From the human T2T-CHM13v2.0 reference genome, Homo sapiens: a stretch of DNA of 64,000 nucleotides. The position numbers were made by a program, and so were the translations under genes. The notes beneath the pieces were generated by a model. That model searched no databases. It was given only the letters and a program-made list of their open reading frames with translations, and had not been told where the DNA came from. This document shows, piece by piece, positions 1 to 15,600 of the stretch (positions within the stretch are counted from its first letter, which is position 1; every line of letters begins with the position of its first letter). The stretch is taken from the NCBI RefSeq assembly GCF_009914755.1, contig NC_060942.1; one strand, 5' to 3'.

Positions 1-830
1 TTTAGAATTCTTGGTAATTGACAGATTTAAATTAATGTTGATGGTACTTGCATTCCAGTGCAGTTCTACTGAATCAAAATCATCAAGGATGGGCCAGAAT
101 TCCATATTTTTCAAAAAGTGTGTAGCCAGGGCTCATAACTACCCAATGAAGCGTTGAACTCAGGAGGACATTGTGACTTGTTACAGCTTTTGGATGGTGT
201 TGATGAGATTGATATAAATCATCTAACAGTTTTTAAGCACTAAGAAAATTCAATCACTTTTTGGTGTTACTGCTATGTATAAACAAAAGACGGCGGTATA
301 CAGGCACTTCACTTGAGCACGTGGTTGGGAGTGGGAGTGAAAATGCTTTATTTACCAAAAAAAGTGTTCTCAAGAAATTTAAAACAAAGATTTTGATAGC
401 CTTTATGCTACTTAGAAATCATATTTAACTTTTTTTAATGTCATTCCTATAAAAGCGTTTTCCCCCCATTTTGCTAGCCTGCTGCCATTATATGCAATTA
501 ATTTAACAAAACTGTATTCAAATGCTTTAATTCTATTTCTTTCCTTTCTTCATTATATTTTCAATTAGTATTACTTTATTATTAAATGTATCACTGATTA
601 AACTTTTCTCTTTCTGCAAATTCTTTCACAGTAAATTTTAGTAAAAATTATAGTAAAATAAATTTTATTGGTTGTAACTTTTACTATTTTCTAGTTCTAC
701 ATTTCTGCTGCTAATTAGGATGAGAAATGTTCCAGAGTAAATTCATTATGTAAATAAATACAAGTTTGTTTTTTTAAAAGATAGAAGATTTTCCTAGTTT
801 AACACATTGTAGGTGCTTAATAGATATTTA
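1..830 (+). repeat. Paralogous 3'-flank segment of a DYNAP-like duplication unit
   Basis: cattgtgacttgttacagcttttggatggtgttgatgagattgatataaatc (~169-220) aligns with cattctgacatgctatatcttactggtgggtttggtgaagttgatacaaac (~38666-38716). atagaagattttcctag...aggtgcttaatagatattt (781-829) aligns with atagtaagatttttctcag...aggtgcttaataaatatcc (~25969-26019). Aligned by eye. Confidence 0.6.
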
Positions 831-837
831 TTTAATG

Positions 838-1220
838 CAGTTGACCCTTGATCTCTGCTCAGTCTAAAATCTGCATATAACTTTTAACTCCTCAAAAATT
901 TAACAACTAATAACCTACTATTGACCAGAAGCATTTCCGATGACATAGTCAACCAACACATCTTTTGTATATGTATTACAGTCTGTATTCCTACAATAAA
1001 GTAAGCTAGATAAAAGAAATTATTAAGAAACTCAGAAGGAAAAGAAAGCACATTTACTATTTATTAAGTGGAAGTAGATCATCATAGACTTCTTCCTTCT
1101 TGTCTTCATGTTGAGTAGGCTAAGGAGGAGGAAGAGGAGGGTTTGGTCTTGCTTTCTCAGCGTGGTGGAGATAAGAAATTTGCAGCACAGTTCAATCCCA
1201 TGACATTCAAGGGTCAACTA
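838..1220. mobile_element. Tigger2a/MER28-like DNA transposon (TcMar-Tigger, non-autonomous)
   Basis: Terminal inverted repeats cagttgacccttga (838) and ttcaagggtcaact (~1206-1219); internal sequence resembles Tigger2a. Confidence 0.8.
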
Positions 1221-1479
1221 TGAGCATGTAAATGCATCATAGGAAGGCAATATGAGGTAAACTTTCAGAGCCAGGGACCTGGCCTCTATGTTTAACCACT
1301 ATATGTACCTGGCAGCCAGTAGATAATAAATATTTGTTCCACAAAAGAAAATAGTGATCATTGTAAGAATTTATTACCAAACTAAGATGACTAGAATTGG
1401 AATTACACTGTTACCTCAATTTTTAATCTACTTTTGTTTATGTTAATCTATTCCTATTAGTATTAGTATTAGTTTTCTA

Positions 1480-1830
1480 ATTTTTTTAGTTGAAGTACAA
1501 CATATTAGCAGAAAATGCACAAATCATAAGACACAACGCAATGAATTATCACAAAGTGAACACACCGACATGCAAATCAAGAAATAGAACATTATCAGCA
1601 CTTCAGAAACTCTCATGTGCCATTCCCCAATCACCACTTCGTTTTTCTTCCCTGCAAGGTAAACACTGTTCTGATTTCTAACACTGTTAATTACTTTGTC
1701 TGATTATGAACATAGTAGAAATGACATGGTATCACAGGAACTCTCTTCATCTGTCTCTTCATCTGGCTTCTTTGACTCAACCTTATATTTGTGAGATTCA
1801 TATATGTTTTTGCTTATACCAATGGTTCCT
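1480..1830 (-). mobile_element. Old L1M (L1ME-like) 3' fragment
   Basis: T-run followed by ttgaagtacaacatattagcagaaaatgcacaaatcataag...atgaattatcacaaagtgaacacacc, the typical antisense L1ME 3' end. Confidence 0.6.
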
Positions 1831-2316
1831 AGTGTTAGGTACTGATCCATGTGGCTATCCAAAGGATCCTGCATCATTTATTTAAAAGGCTATCCTTTCC
1901 CACTTCTCTGCTGTCTTACCTTGTCATAAATCACATCTGCCCTTTGACTCCTATTATCGTGAATTTGCTTGATTAATTTTCCCTGTGTGTAACCAAGGTC
2001 CCATTCCATGACACTCCTGCCACTCCTTCAGTGACACAGATGCCCACTTCATGCCACTCTGCTACAAAACCCAGCGTCATCTCTCATAACATCCGCTGTA
2101 ACCTGTTCAGCCTCTGTCCTCCTAGAGCCATTCTGGCCCTTTTCACTTTCAAAGCAGATGCCTGCTTTGCTCTGTCCCACCTAGTGGGCTTTAGGGCTGA
2201 ACAGTTCAGAAAGGGAAGGAAAAAGAAGAGAAAGAGAAAAAGTAAAAGCAAGAGCAGAAGGTTTTTATGTGGTTTGAGGTTATCTTATTTTCTCCATATG
2301 AAGTTGGCCTCAAAGT

Positions 2317-2795
2317 TGTCAACCTAAAGAAAGGAACTGAGGCAAAATTAAAATAAGTAGAGAGTTTATTTGGACCAAATTTGAGGACTGCAACCTGAGA
2401 GACACAGATTCAATTTTCCCTGAATATATGCTCTAATTAGCAGCTATCAAAAATGAGTTTTTAAAGGAAAAAAAGAAAGCAGTTCCTACATTGTTCATTA
2501 AAATAACAAACTATTGATTGGCTATAAGTTGCCTTCATGAGATATCTTTATTTAATCTTGTGAAGATACTGAATGTAGGTCACTCTCATGTGATGACATT
2601 TTAGGTAATTTATCAGCTAGTCTGGAAACTGTAAGGAAGAAAAGAAAGAAAAAATGCCTTTAACAATTGTCCCTGGGCGTGGATTTGATGGGGTAGGGGG
2701 AGGGTGTAGTGGGTGGTGGGGGATGGGAAGTCCTGTCCTGACTGAAGTCTCATATTCATGTTTCTCTGAACCTGATCAATTTTGCATACCTCACA
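2317..2795 (-). mobile_element. ERV1 solo LTR (MER39/MER34-group-like)
   Basis: TG...CA ends (tgtcaacctaaag...catacctcaca); near-TSD aagt/cagt; agagagtttatttggaccaaatttgagg motif of MER4-supergroup LTRs. Confidence 0.6.
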
Positions 2796-3275
2796 CAGTT
2801 CACACTGCTCTGAGCTACTCTTCTTTCTCAAACTCTTCCTGTTGATAAGAAAATTATCAATCAATTTTTCCTGCTTTGAAGAAAATCTATCTTTTACTCT
2901 GGTTGCTTTTAAGATTTTCTTCTTTGTTTTTGGTTTCTTGAAGTTCAAGTGTGATCTCCCTCTGTCATAGTTTTACTTGTATTTATTTAGTGATGAAGCT
3001 TTTATTGATTTATATTTCAATGCTCTTTAGTTTTGGGCTTAATGTTTTTTATATTAGTTTGAAAAATATGAAATCATAATATTTTCCAACATAACTGCTT
3101 CTGCTTATCCTCTCTCTTCCCTCTTCTGTGATGGATATATTTAAATCATGTCCATTTGGACTCATACTATTCCCCCATTTTTTTGTCTCTGTGTGCTTCA
3201 CTCTGTATTTTTTCTGATGCATCTTCTAGTTTGCTAATCTCTCTCCTTAATTGTATCTAATTTGCTAATAAAGCC

Positions 3276-5475
3276 TGATATGATTTGGCTGTGTCCCCAC
3301 CCAAATCTCATCTTGAATTGTAGTTCCCATGAACCCCACATGTCATGGGAGGGATCTGGTGGGAGGTAATTGAATCATGGGGGCAGTTACCCCCATGCTG
3401 CTGTTCTCATAATAGTGAGTGAGTTCTCATGAGATCTAATGGTTTTATAAGGGGTTTTTCCCCCTTTTGCTCGGCACTTCTCCTTGCTGGCACCACGTGA
3501 AGAAAGATGTGTTTTCTTTCCCTTCCACCATGACTATAAAGTTTCCCAAGGCCTCCCCAGCCCTGTGGAAACTGTGAGTCAATTAAACCTCTTTCCTTTA
3601 TAAATTACCCAGTTTTGGATACTTCTTCATAGCAGCATGAGAATGGACTAACACTGTAAATTTGTACTGGTAGAGTGGGACACTGCTGTAAAGATAGCCA
3701 AAAATGTGGAAGTGACTTTGGAACAGGGTAACGGGCAGAGGTTGGAATAGTTTGGAGGGCTCACAGGAAGACAGGAAAACGTGGGAAAGATTGGAACTTC
3801 CTAGAGACTTGTTGAATGGCTTTGACCAAAATGCTGATAGTGATATGGACAATGAAGTCCAAGCTGAGGTGGTCTCAGATGGAGATGAGGAACTTGTTGG
3901 GAACTGGAGTAAAGGTCACTCTTGCTATGCAAAGAGACTGGTGGCATTTTGCCCCTGCCCTAGATATCTGTGGAACTTTGAACTTAAGAGAGATGATCTA
4001 GGGTATCTGGCAGAAGAAATTTCTATGTAGCAAAGCATTCAAGAGGAAGCAGAGCTTAAAAGTTTGAAAAATTTGCACCCTGGCAATGTGATAGAAAAGA
4101 AAACCCTATTTTCTGGGGAGAAATTCAAGCAAGCTGCAGAAATTAACATAAGTAAGGAGGAGCCACATGCTAATCACAAAGACAATGGGGGAAAATGTCT
4201 TCAGGGCATGACAGAGACCTTCACAGCAGCCCTTGATGTTAAACCACAGGCTTGGAAGCCTAGGAGGAAAAAGTGGTTTCCTGGGCGGGCCCCCCTGCTC
4301 TATGCAGCTTTGGGACATGGTGCCCTGTATCCCAGTTGCTTCAGCTCCAGCCACAGCTAAAAGGGGCCAATGTACAGCTCAGGCCATTGCTTCAGAGGGT
4401 GCAAGCCCTAAGCCTTGGTGGCTTACATATGGTGTTGGGCCTGTAGGTGCACAGAAGTCAAGAATTGAAGTTTGGGAATCTCTGCTTAGATTTTAGATGA
4501 TGTGTGGAAATGCCTGGATGTCTAGGCAGAAGTTTGCTGCCAGGGCTGAACCCTGATGGAGAACCTCTGCTAGGGCAGTGCAGAAGGAAAATGTGGGGTT
4601 GGAGCCCCCACACTGAGTCCCCACTGGGGCACTGCCTAGTGGACCTGTGAGAAGACAGTCACCATCCTCCAGACCCCAAAATGGTAGATCTGCCAACAGC
4701 TTGCCTTGCACGCCTGGAAAAGCCACAGACACTCAATGACAGTCTGTGAAGGAAGCTAGGAGGGGGGCTATAACTTGCAAAGCCACAGGGGTGGAGCTGC
4801 CCAAGGCCATGGGGGTGTGACCTGGATGTGAGACATGGAGTCAAAGGAGATCATTCTGGAGCTTTAAGGTTTGATGCCCCACTAGATTTTGGACCTGCAT
4901 GAGGCATGTAGTGCCTTCATTCATGTAGGCAGTAACTAACTTGCTTTTGATTTTACAGGCTCATAGGTGGAAGGGACTTGCCTTGTCTCTGATGAGATTT
5001 TGGATTTGGACTTTTGGGTTAATGCTGGAATGAGTTAAGAATTTGCGGCACTGTTGGGAAGGCATGATTTTGTTTTTAAGTGTGAGGACTTGAGATTTGG
5101 GAGGTGCTGGGGTGGAATAATATGGTTTGGCTGCATTCCCACCCAAATCTCATCTTGAATTGTAGTTCTCATAATCCCCACGTGTTGTGGGAAGGACCCA
5201 GTGGGAGGTAATTGAATCATAGGGTGGTTACCTATCTGCTGCTCTTCTCATGATAGTGAGTTCTTACAAGATCTGATGGTTTTATAAGGGTTTTTTTCCC
5301 CATTTTGCTAGGCATTTCTTCTTGCTGCCACCACGTTGCTTCCCCTTCCACCATGATTGTAAGTTTCCTGAGGCCTCCCCAGTCCTGCAGAACTGTGAGT
5401 CAATTAAACTTCTTTCCTTTATAAATTACCTAGTCTTGGTATTTCTTCAGAGCAGTGTGATAACAGACTAATACA
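3276..5475 (+). mobile_element. THE1 (THE1D-like) MaLR element, LTR-int-LTR
   Basis: LTRs at 3276-3655 and 5118-5475 (tgatatgatttggctgtgtccccacccaaatctcatcttgaattg...). The internal region gives typical MaLR-int ORF remnants (WERLELPRDLLNGFDQNADSDMDNEVQAEVVSDGDEELVGNWSKGHSCY). 5' TSD aagcc. Confidence 0.93.
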
Positions 5476-6431
5476 AAGCTGTAAACCAAAAGTATTGGAG
5501 GTGAGGCTCATTCAGTTTAGAAAGCTTATTTTTGTCAAGGTTAAGAACATGTTCATGACATAGCCTCAGGAGGTCTTGATGACATGTGCCCAAGGTGGTC
5601 GAGGTATAGCATGGTTTCATACATTTTAGGGAGACATGAGACATCCATCAATACATATAAGAAGTACATTGGTTCAGTCTGGAAAGGATAGACAACTTGA
5701 AGCAGGGGCTTCCAGGTCACAGGTAGATTTTCTGATTGGGAATTAGTTGAAAGATTTATTAGTAATAGAAAGGAATGTCTGGGTTATGATAAGGGGTTGT
5801 GGAGACCAGTATTTTTCAGGCAGATAAAGCCACCAGGTAGTAGGCTTCAGAGAGAATACATTGCAAATGTTTCTTATCAGACTTAAAGAGTCTGTTCTAT
5901 CAGTAATTCCAAAAGGGAAGAGGGTATAATGAGGCATGTCCAGCTCCCTCCTTCCCATCATGGCCTGAACTAGTTTTTCAGATTAACTTTGGAATACCCT
6001 TGGCTGAGAAGAAGGTCCATTCAGATGTTGTGGAGTTTAGAATTTTATTTTTGGTTTACATTCTCCCCCTTCTGTCCAGGATTTGCCAGAATCAATGCCA
6101 CGGAACTTTTACTTTGTCTCACAGTGTTAACAGGGTGGCATGTCTGCCTGCCATAGGCCCATCCTGTGCCTCAGTGGGACTCCCAAAGGCCAAGGCACTT
6201 AGAGCCAAAAGACTTATAGCCAATGAAATTTTTTAGGCCAGATAGGAATGGATGTGGACAGGCATTCATTACCCCTCAAAAATTTTAAAGTAGTATAAAA
6301 TCCAACAAACAAAAGCCAACAGCAAGGTTAGAAAATTGACTTTATCTTTAACTTCTATGCATTGAGCTACCATAATCTTGGTTTTGGTCACAGACTTATA
6401 GGAATTAGCTATAGAAAACATAATTGTTATT

Positions 6432-6914
<483 letters not shown>

Positions 6915-9900
6915 TCATTATATCCTCTCAGTAATAATTTTCTTTCAGTTATATGGGAAAGAGAAAAATTCTTTATGGTTGGGGTGGATGAAAAGGTGCC
7001 ATGCACATAATAACACAGGAGGCAAAGCCCATTATTTTGCCAGCTGTTTAGACATCTGTGTAGCTCATCCTTGATTTGGAGGATCTGAATTAATTCCAGC
7101 CCTCAAAACTGGCCCTTACAATCTCATGGACCCACCTCTTCCAGGATAGTCCTGGGCCTTAGGTGCTTGTATACTTTTAGCAGCAGTGCATTTGCAGTGA
7201 AAAATAGATTGGGCTCAGTGGGATTCTAGATGAGGAAAATTTACAGGCTTTGCCAAATCATCTCTAGTCTTTGGAATATCATGATTCTAGTTTTCTCAGA
7301 CCAAGTAAAACTATGGGAGATAAATAATATTAATAATTGGACAATTAAAAGATAATGTACGTGTCAGAACAGAAAAAGGAATCTATTCCATTAGAACTCC
7401 AACTAAAAATGTGAAGAAAATTATAACCTGGTGCTGTGCTCTTTAGATGATTATTGTAGCCAAGAAATAATTCATTTTTCAATCTGCACTCAAAAGTCAG
7501 GGCTAGAATCTAGTAATATGTGGTACAGTTTTCCTTTGAAACAATTTCCTTTTTTAGCCCTCATTTTCTACTAAAGAGAAATAATAAGACCAATTTGTGT
7601 GCAAAATAAGTTTTAGGCTTATTATACTTGGCTTGATTATTTGCATAAAGTGCAACAAGAATTGATTGGCCATATAGGCTCTTTTCAAGTTGGCTTTGCT
7701 GGAACTTTACCTGAAAATGTGTTAGTCCAGTCAAACCCTTGGTAAAATAACCAGCGTCTCCAATTGTGACTTGTTTCAAAAGAAGGGATTCTTACTAAAC
7801 TTATGCAGATAACTATGTTGTCATAAAATCAAAATATTTATGAATAGCTTTTGGATTTTGGAATTTAGAGTATGATCCATCATCTAAATTCCACTGGTTA
7901 CTTTTGCTTTTAGTAACTGAATACAGCCCTGCTGCAACTCCATACCATGGGTGACCACATGGCCACCCAGTAGTCAAAGGTTTCTTATTTCCTGCACTTT
8001 TATTTCTCTTTATTCATTAGTTTTATTTATATTTTTTCTTTTATTTTGAAGCAACCCTTAAATAGTCAATAAATGAGAAAAATTACATTTTCTTTAGCAA
8101 AAACTACATATTCATGTTTTTATAAACTTACCAAAAACACATTTTTTATTTCCTACTGTTCTATTAGCAACCCTAATTCCCATAGGAAAACCTAGTATTA
8201 CTTAATTTAACATAGCATGACTTTAAGAAGATTTTAAACTACTGGAGAAAATTGAGATTTAATTTAACAAATTAATCTTACCAAAGATTGCTAGTCATAT
8301 GAACTAAAAAGCATCTGAGCTAGATTCTATTAGTCTGAGAAGCACTTACTTTTGTTTTTCAAGCCAATTGATTAGAGCTTTTTCATATAATGGGTAGTGA
8401 AATACCACTTCCACATGACATATAAATATATAGATATAACAAACACACAGACAGAGGCAGATCCTATAAGAGTTTGCATTTGCCATTTGCCAGTTTTCAA
8501 AAATTTTCCCTTACTTTAGACTATTAATTAAAAAAAATTACACAGTAGCCAACAAAAGTGGGAGAGAGTTACCATCCCAGGCCTTCTAAAATGGAGAAAG
8601 AGCTGAAGCAGCAGGGTACAGCAGAAGTTGAACTTCTGAGGTATCAATCTGAAGAATTTTAAAAAGAAAGGGATAATAGATTTTAAAAATTAAAAGCTTC
8701 TTGCAATTTCACTGAGTAAATCAAATTATAAGAAAATATAGTTCTAACCAATTCTTTAGTTTTATATTAGTGTTCTTTTAATATCAGTCCAATTTTTAGA
8801 AAGACTATTTGTTATAATTTCCTTTAACTATGACCAACTTAATCACGTAACATTTTTATAAATTCCTTCTTTCAATGAACCTTATTATGACTTACACAGA
8901 CCATTTGTGATATGCTTGGACTTTCTGTTTTGTTCTAAACATCTCTCTTAAACAACCAGTCATTTTATTTTAGGTCAAAATTTACTATGTGATTCTTTCT
9001 CATAACCTTTCTTATCAAAAATATATCTTTATATCTACAACCTTCTTTGTATCTCTTACTTCCTGTTTCCTTTTACCTTGCTTTATAAATAACCTCTGAA
9101 TTAGACAAAAACATATTTTTTTAGATAGTTGTTTTCATATGATTTCTTAAACTGGAAATGACCCAGACATTGAATAAATATCTGTAATTTAATTTGATAT
9201 GTTTAGATTCTAAATTATGTGACAATTTTACTTATATGCATTTATTCCATTACATTTACTTGATTAACTTATTATTATTTTTTAATAGTTTACCTACATT
9301 ATTGATGAAAACTGTGATAGTCATCATTTAAAGTTTTTTCCTTGTTAACCATTTTTATAGGCTGTGAATTTTAGATGTTTACCTAAATAACCTTAAGTTA
9401 AATATATAGGTATTTTACCAGTAACTCAGGATTTAGATGTTTTTATTAAACCAACTATATTAAATATCATATTTATCAAACATTTCACAATCAAAGATCA
9501 TTCTGTTTTGGGCTGGGTTTATAGTTTTATAGTCCTTATGGCAAATTTTGATAACTTATAGTATTTGGCAGGGATAAGTATGAACCACTTGATCAATAAG
9601 TAGAAATGAAAATGCTGACAGTTCTTAAGACATTTCTAATATTACTTTACCAATACTTTTAAAACCAGCTTATTTATTAAATATTTTACTTAAGTCACAT
9701 GAACTTGTAAAGCATGTGGTCTTATTATTTAGTTTTATGAGTATTCTTTAACTTTAAGACAATTTGGTACTTTGTGGCCAAATCGCAAAACAAAATACAT
9801 GTACATGTGTACATGTATGTACACATTAAACACACACATACATGCTCATACAAACTAAGATCCTATAGCTTTTACTTTAGAGCTCTAGGCATGGGATACT

Positions 9901-10944
9901 AATACAAACTCACTGGTTTACAAAAACAATAACAAAAATTAAAAGTTGCATTCAAATAGTGGGTTTTATCTCAGTAGAACAGTAACAGCGGATTTAAAGC
10001 AGGCAGAAAAGAAAATAAAGAAATAGACAACTTAGGAACTCTTTAGTTGCAGGTCAACCCCTGGGCTCTGAATTTTTCCTTGATGTAATTTGTCCATCAG
10101 TTTAAAATGTGCACAAAATGACCATAATATGCAACCAGCTGGAGTACTACAGAACCTGGCATGCCCTCAACCTTTTCCATTTTACACAAATACTTGCAAG
10201 TAGAAGCTCCATAAAACCAATGAGGTGCCCAAAAGGGGGTCCTTCTCCTTGTCTTTCCTCATTCTGAGATGGTATGTTTCCCACATTTTTTTCTTACAAG
10301 GAGAAACTGAGCTGTAGCCTAGGGTTTAGTGTAGTGGAGAGAAGTGTGCTGATTGAGTAGAACTCCACAGTGTGTCACTATTGTGTCATTTCTTCCCTCT
10401 TTCTCTCTCCGAAGGGCTAGCACCTTTAAGAGGTTCTAAGTATAGAGTGACCAGCTCTTATATGTGCTTCCTGGACAAGCCTTTTTAATTTTGGTGGAGT
10501 TTCCCTGTAGGGCCACTGCACTTTGCAGGGAGGTCAGCTCCCTGGACAATCCCACTCGGGCCCACTTGGTCACCCAGGGGCACCTTTTGGCTGGGAGGAG
10601 CAAAAGCCCCTTTCTCTTTAGAGCTGAGGAACTCAGTTTCTCATGTATCTACAAGAATGACAGTTCAGTTCCTCACACAAATGTACAGACATACCAATCG
10701 AGATTAATTTTGAGAGACAAGGCAATGGAGAAGACCCTTTAGAATGCACCACCAAACTCGACTTAGGATTTTCAACAACAATTTCTTAGGAGGGAAAAAA
10801 CCCAGCTAAGACCACTTTCTATAAACTGTCCTCAGCCACCCCTAATGTTGTAGTTCTTGTCCTCCTTTACACACACCAAGGTCAAATCTTCTCACAATAC
10901 GAGGTAGCCTCTGATACCCCCACAAAGCCAAAGAGGTCAGTTAA

Positions 10945-11356
<412 letters not shown>

Positions 11357-12487
11357 TATTCTGAGTTCTTTAAGGAACCTGAGTCATTAGAAGCCTTATC
11401 TAGATTTTTTTTTTCACTTGATACTGAAGATGGCCAAGAGTGAAGGAGGAATAGGGCAGAAGAAAAGTAAATGAAAGAACAATTTTTTTTCAAGAAAGGA
11501 AGTGAACAGAGAAACCAACTGGATGTTTTTATTTTTCAGTTGCAAGGAATTTTAGCCAATTCAAAGGCCTTGTTCTCCATAATTTGGAATTCCTAATCAG
11601 ATTTGACCAAGTTGGGTAGAGCCAGTCAAATCCAAAGGAAGACCAGAACAACAGCAAGCAAAACAAAAAAACAAACAATGATTACTTAGTGCTCTAATGT
11701 TAAGGAGAAATTAAGAGCAGTTGGTTGTCAATTTTAACTTTTAGTTATTTAGGAGAATTTTCAAGACAAAATCCCAATTCAGCTACTTACCCAGGAATGG
11801 GGCCCAGGTTCAAGACTGCTATCTACCATCCTAGCAGCAGGGGGGAAAAAAACCCTCAAATTCACCTTCCCTATTGGAAGTGAGCTGAAACTCCAGAAAG
11901 CAGTTGCCTCCTCTCTATTGCCATGGAAGCAGGAACAAGCGCCTTCCTTGTTGGAAGTGAGTAAAACTCCAGAAAAGGAGCTGTACAGCTAAATAAACTT
12001 TAAATCTCAACCAGATTTTGGGAGATTGGGGATTCTATGGAGAAGGGAGCTCCCAGGCTCCAGAAAATTGTCCTGTTGTTTTGAGCAATAAAGATAGCTC
12101 AAGCTGGTGCCAGGCACTGACAGGAAATTTGTCAAAGGTCAGGAGCACCTCTGCTCAGAATCCCTTTGAGGTTGCCAATTTGTAAACCAAAAGTATCTGA
12201 GACAGGTCTCAATCAGTTTAGAAAGTTTATTTTGCCAAGATTAAGGATGAGCTTGTGACACAGCCTCAGGAGGTCGTGATGACATGTGCCCAAGGTGATG
12301 AGGGTAGAGCTTGGTTTTATACATTTTAGAGAGACATGAGACATCCATAAACATATGTAAGATGTATATTGGTTTGGTCCAGAAGGGCTGGACAACTCAA
12401 AGCAGGGGCTTCCAGATCACAGGTAGATTGAAGGATTTTCTGATTGGCAATTTGTTGAAAGAATTATTATGAATAACAAGGTCTGGG

Positions 12488-12627
12488 GCCTGTAAATCCC
12501 AGCTACTCAAGAGGCTGAGGCAGAAGAATCCTTGCACCCAGGAGCAGAGGTGGCAGTGAGCCAAGATCGCACCACTGCACTCCGGCCTGGGCAACAGAGC
12601 AAGACACTGTCTCAAAAGAAAAATAAA
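12488..12627 (+). mobile_element. 5'-truncated Alu (right arm) inside the MER4A 5' LTR
   Basis: gcctgtaaatcccagctactcaagaggctgaggcagaagaat...ctgtctcaaaag; absent from the other LTR. Confidence 0.85.
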
Positions 12628-15600
12628 GAAAGGAATGCATGGGTTGTGATAAGGGATTGTGGAGACCAAGAATTTATCATGTAGATAAAGCCTCCAGATA
12701 GTAGGCTTCAGAGAGTAAATGTTTCTTATGACTTAAAGAGTCTCTTCTCAGTCATTCCAAAAGGAAGGAGGTTATAATGAGGCATGTCTAGCTGCTCCCC
12801 TTCCCATCATGGCCTGAACTAGTTTTTCAGATTAACTCTGGGATGCCTTTGCCAGGAGGAGAGGTCTATTCAGATGGTTGGGCAGCTTAAAATTTTATTT
12901 TTGGTTTGCAAAGCCATCCATTGAATTCTTAATATTATTTTATTTTCAGTTTTATAATTTAAATTTTTAAAATAGTTTTATGTTTCTGCCAAATTCACCT
13001 CCTTATCTTTAATTTCCTGAACATGTTAATCATAAAGATTTTCAAGTCATATCTGAAATTCCAGTACCTTTATTCCTGTGTGTCTGTTTTTTTGTATATT
13101 TTCTTTCTCTTGTTTTTCATACAAATGTTATTTTCTTACATGCATAGTAATTTTTGCCCAATATTTTTTCATGAAAAATTTATAGAAATAATTTGAGAAT
13201 CTTAGAAGGATTCTCTTTCTCCAGAAATGATCTACATCCACTTCTGGCAGGCAGCTGGGTTGGAGGTGGATCACCTTAATTCAATGAGGTGTGGAAATGA
13301 CTCAAACTTGAGGTTTCCTGCTTGTGAGGGTCAGTTTGTTTCCAATTCATCTCTACCCTAGTCAGAGACAGTTCTTTGGATCCCAAATAAATACCTGTAA
13401 TGTTTATCAAGACCCCTCCTTTTGCATGCAGAATTTAGAATAGAAGCTCTATGAGGGCAGGAATCTTTGCAATTTTATTCGTTGCTCAAAATTCTGGTCA
13501 GGACCTGGAAGATATAGGCATCCAATAAATATTTCTTGAATTAATAAATTGATAAACGAACAAGATATAAATTACAGTAACCAGGGGATATCAATTCCTA
13601 TAACAAACTGATGAAATTAAAAATCTGACAATACCTAATTTTTAGCAAGTAGGTATAAAACTGAGACCATTCCTACAAGAATGTACACAGGTAGTTTTAG
13701 AGCTTGATTTGGCAAAACGTGGCAATTGAAGATGCACATACACTTGAATCTAGCAAATCCATTCTTAGATATATAGTTTAGAAACATTTACATTCTGTTC
13801 AATGTAAAATTCTTTCTGTCTGTTCTTATATTTGAAATATTTCTTTATTTTTTAAGACAGCATGGTTGGGACATAGTAAGTATATAAATGAGTGAACAAT
13901 GAAGCTTGACAGGAGAGCAGGGGTTACCCCCCTCTTAAGGTCTTACAGGTCATTCTAAGTTTTAGTGATTTCCCCTCTGAAAAGGAAATGCCATTGAGGT
14001 GTTCTGAGCAGGATAGTGGCATATTTGCTTTCATTTTAGATCAACAGTGTGGATGCTGTGTGGAAAAGGGTTTGGGGGATTGTAGAAGTGGAAATAGGGA
14101 AGACAGTTGGGAGAGTTTGCAATGGATTTGGTAGGAAGGGAGGGTGGGTTGGGTGAAAAGACTCAACATAGTGCCTAACATGCAGTGAGTGATCAATACC
14201 ATGAATATTACTCTTATTGCTCAGACAATCCAGGGATATACAGTCATTTGTCCTTTACTGAGAATGGAACCCCAACCCTCAATATTTTATTCACATACAA
14301 TGACCATGCTGTTTTCTTGAAGTTATGTCTTATCTCTTCTAGATTTAAAATCAAAGTTCTCATCATCTGCTTTCTCACTTTGTACATTGATACCATTTCT
14401 CTACATTTTCACAACAGCCTTTCTGTATACCTGGCCCTATCTTTATAATTTCCTTCAATCTTATAGCTCCTCTGCATTGTCTTAGCTGCTCTCGCCTTCT
14501 CTAGTGCCCTTCTTCCTCACCTTTTCTAACCTGTGTACATCAGGACCTTTAAGATCTGATTCTCTTCTCCATGCTGTGACCAGCTTCTTTGCTCAGAGAT
14601 TATTTTCTTTGCTTTCTTACACGTTGAAAATCATCACTCCAAATATGTTTATTTCCAGCTCCATCCCTTGGGCCCTGCCTGAGCCTCTCTCAGGTCCTCA
14701 TGGCTGAATCCACCAAACCCCCTCACCTGTAACCTCTCTCTTGCCCCAGCGTCTGTCCTAGTCCCAGGCAGAACTGGGTCAAAGAAAATAATTATATTAG
14801 TGCTACTGCCCCTTATCTTCTGCTGTTGGGCAGGGGTGCTTCATACTCATCTTCTGCCACCTTCAACTCAGATTAGGTGGCAAATCCCATACTCTGACCA
14901 CTGTGACAGCACAGTCCTACCCTGACATTCTGCTCAAAACTTTCCTTGCTGTGGCCCTGAGTGGGGGCTGAATGTCCCAATGCTGATTCCTGATTCCTGC
15001 AGTCCCACTGTGATTGTAGGGTTAGAGCTGTCCCCAGCTCCCACAGGACCTCAGATTGGACAACTCCATCATGGCCCTGCAGCTTTTAATCCCTTTTCTG
15101 TGAGCTAGTTTGCAGCGTCTGATAATTAGAGGATCCCTTTTGTATTGCTGATGAATATCTGGTTGATTCCCACTCATTTCCCAAGAGTGCTTACAGCCAT
15201 ACTTTGTTCTTTTCAGGCCTCACCCCTGGAGACTAGGTCTTTTCCATAAACTTTACCTCCAAATGCTAAAGACCTGCTGACTCCTACAGACCTTAACTAA
15301 GACTGCAAGACCTGCAGAGCTCTTGATAGATTCATGATTCTTGTACTCGGTGAGAGGATGGGCTTCTCCAATGGGGATGCCTTAGTGCTGATCATCTGTT
15401 TAAATCTGGGTTGGAGATTGGAGTGTTTGCATGGATAGGAAGCCTGGCATCTTCAATTAGATTTGCTAAGCCATTGCTACTACTTACAGCCTGGATGCCT
15501 GCAACTCCTGCCCCATGGATGTTCTATTTCCAGCCCTCAACACTACCTCTGTTTTGCTGCCCTGTCTTGTGTTAATAACATCTAGGCATCCCTGATGCAT

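Noticed and set aside
3752-4496. Cluster of 60-98 aa ORFs
   Set aside because: Broken THE1-int MaLR ORF remnants.
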